Of a DNA stretch of 64,000 bases, positions 62,200 through 64,000 are shown in pieces. Source of the DNA: Hemiscyllium ocellatum (taxonomy: Eukaryota). The notes under the pieces were generated by a model, which did no database searches, was not told the DNA's origin, and saw nothing but the letters and a program-made list of their open reading frames with translations. The position numbers were made by a program, and so were the translations under genes. How positions within the stretch are numbered: position 1 is the stretch's first letter; each line of letters opens with the position of its first letter. The stretch is taken from contig NC_083408.1 in NCBI RefSeq assembly GCF_020745735.1, positions 21,419,518-21,483,517 of the forward strand. Direction: 5' to 3'.

Positions 62200-64000
62200 A
62201 CTAAAGGAAAACCATGTCGGATTGGTGCTAGGCAACGAACCAGGTCACGTATCAGAGCACTTGGTGGGAGAGCATTTCAGCGCTAGTGATCACAATTGTG
62301 GGTGGCACGGTGGCACAGTGGTTAGCATTGCTGCCTCACAGCGCCTGAGACCCGGGTTCAATTCCTGACTCAGCCGACTGACTGTGTGGAGTTTGCACGT
62401 TCTCCTCGTGTCTGTGTGGGTTTCCTCCGGGTGCTCCGGTTTCCTCCCACAGTCCAAAGATGTGTGAATTGGCTATGCTAAATTGCCCGTAGTATTAGGT
62501 AAGGGGTAAATGTAGGGGGATGGGTGGGTTGCGCTTCAGCGGGTCAGTGTGGACGTGTTGGGCCGAAGGGCCTGTTTCCACACTGTAAGTAATCTAATCC
62601 CTGTCCTTTACTATACGTTTCCACACTGTAAGTAATCTAATTCCCTGTCCTTTACTATACACATGGAGCAGATAGGAGCAGAGGGCATGGGAAATAATGT
62701 AACTGGGGAGAGGGAATTACAATGCTATTAGGCAGAAATCGGGGTGCCTAACTTGGGAACCGATGTTCTCAGGGAAACGCATGACAGAAATGTGGAGGTT
62801 GCTTTGAAACTACTTGCAGATAGTAGTGGGCATTTCTGTTGCACTGAGGGAATGTTAAGAAGGGATGGTAGGTTTAAAGATCGTTGGGTGCCAAGGGATG
62901 TGGAATATCTAGTCAAGCGGAAGAAAGAAGGTTAATTAAGTTTGAGGAAGCAATGATCAGACAGGGCTTTAGAGGGTTACAAGGTAGCCAGGGAGGAACT
63001 GAGGAATAGACTTAAGGGATCTAGAAGAGGTCATGAGAAAGCGTTAGCAGATACAATTAAGGAAATCCGTCAGGTATTATACTCTTATGTGAGGCACATC
63101 AGGATGTCCAGTTTGAGGGTAGGGCTAATCAAGTATAGTGGAGTGAACCTGTGCATGGAGCAGGAAGACGTAGGTGAGATCCTTGATGAATATTTTGCTG
63201 AGAGGTGCATTGACAATTCTGAAGACAGCATGAAACAGACTGATATGCTGGAATAGGTTCATATTAGGAAGGAGGATGCGATTAAAATTTTGAAAAACGT
63301 AAGGGTAGATAAATACTCTGGGCCCGACAGAATATATCCGAAATTACTACAGGAAGTGGAGAAAAAGATTGCTGCAACTTTGGAGACGAATTTTGCGTCC
63401 GCATTTTCCCATGGTGTAGTGCCAACTGACTGGAGAGTGGCAAATGTTATTTCCTATTTCACAAAAGGGAACAGGGATAGTGCTGAAAATTATGGAAGAG
63501 TCAGTCATACATCCGTGGTGCACAAAGTATTAGGGAAAATTCTGAGGGACAAGATTTATGATTTCCTGTAAAACTATAATTTGATCAGTGATAGCATGGC
63601 TTTGTGAGAAGCAGGTCATGCCTCACACATCTTGTTGAATTCTTTGAGGATGTGAGAAAACACTTTGACGAAGGTACAGCAATGAATGTGGTGCACATGG
63701 AGTTTAACAAGTCATTTGATATGGTTACTCATGGTATGCTCATTTAGAAAGTAAGGAGGCATGAAATACTGAGAAATATGGCTTTATGGATACAGAATTG
63801 ACGGGCCCATAGAAGACAAAGTGTGGTGATAGATGGAAAGTATTCAGCCAGGATCTTGGTAACCAGTGTTGTTCGGCTGGGATTGGGCATGCGAACTCTG
63901 CTCTATTTGATGTTAATGAATAACTTGGATGGGTGGGTTATTAATTGTGCCGAAGTCATGAAGATTGGTGGAGTTGTGAATATTGTGGAGGATTGTTTTA
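62200..64000 (+). mobile_element. CR1 LINE (end of endonuclease to RT), interrupted by HE1 and running off the window
   Basis: ORF 63290-63571 DKYSGPDRIYPKLL...WRVANV..KG.R...NYGRVS; HGF/SCLT and F.KSFDMV remnants. Confidence 0.88.
62300..62660 (+). mobile_element. HE1 SINE with tandem duplication of its 3' end plus flank
   Basis: Full head GGGTGGCACGGTGGCACAGTGG; 43 bp unit GTTTCCACACTGTAAGTAATCTAATCCCTGTCCTTTACTATAC at 62574-62616, repeated at 62617-62660 with 1 extra T. Confidence 0.95.

Noticed and set aside
1-64000. tRNA genes, RSS heptamers (CACAGTG/CACTGTG) and CRISPR-like arrays
   Set aside because: tRNA-like A/B boxes and heptamer matches are all within SINE/LINE heads and lack cloverleaf 3' halves or nonamers; no repeat-spacer array is present and the DNA is eukaryotic.

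Overview
Repeat-dense genomic DNA from a cartilaginous fish. HE1 SINEs with TAATC-type tails and CR1/HER1 LINEs point to an elasmobranch, plausibly an orectolobiform shark (inference). Most of the window is decayed retroelements: many CR1 fragments, six HE1 SINEs, three Penelope-like element (PLE) bodies plus many PLE terminal repeats, and two Gmr1-type Gypsy relics with related solo LTRs. Two host-gene signals stand out. (1) An intact 298-codon exon of a shark-type GPR139-like class A GPCR (25869-26764, +); its first exon was not located. (2) The decayed 3' end of an IgM heavy-chain gene: Cmu4 plus secretory tail (56349-56739), TM1 (59509-59593) and probable TM2 (59740-59747). No V, D, J, RSS or confident Cmu1-3 was seen, and an LTR fragment abuts the Cmu4 acceptor. 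The most interesting non-genic signals are three sequence families of minimal hammerhead-ribozyme motifs (CUGANGA-A-stemII-GAA-palindromic stem III) in PLE terminal repeats, including a ~720 bp foldback with one motif per arm, and a 3.1 kb ORF2-only LINE whose 5' end is a tRNA-like Pol III head plus a DeuSINE-like body. Reference protein and repeat consensus comparisons are from recall, not from a search. TE boundaries are approximate (tens of bp).
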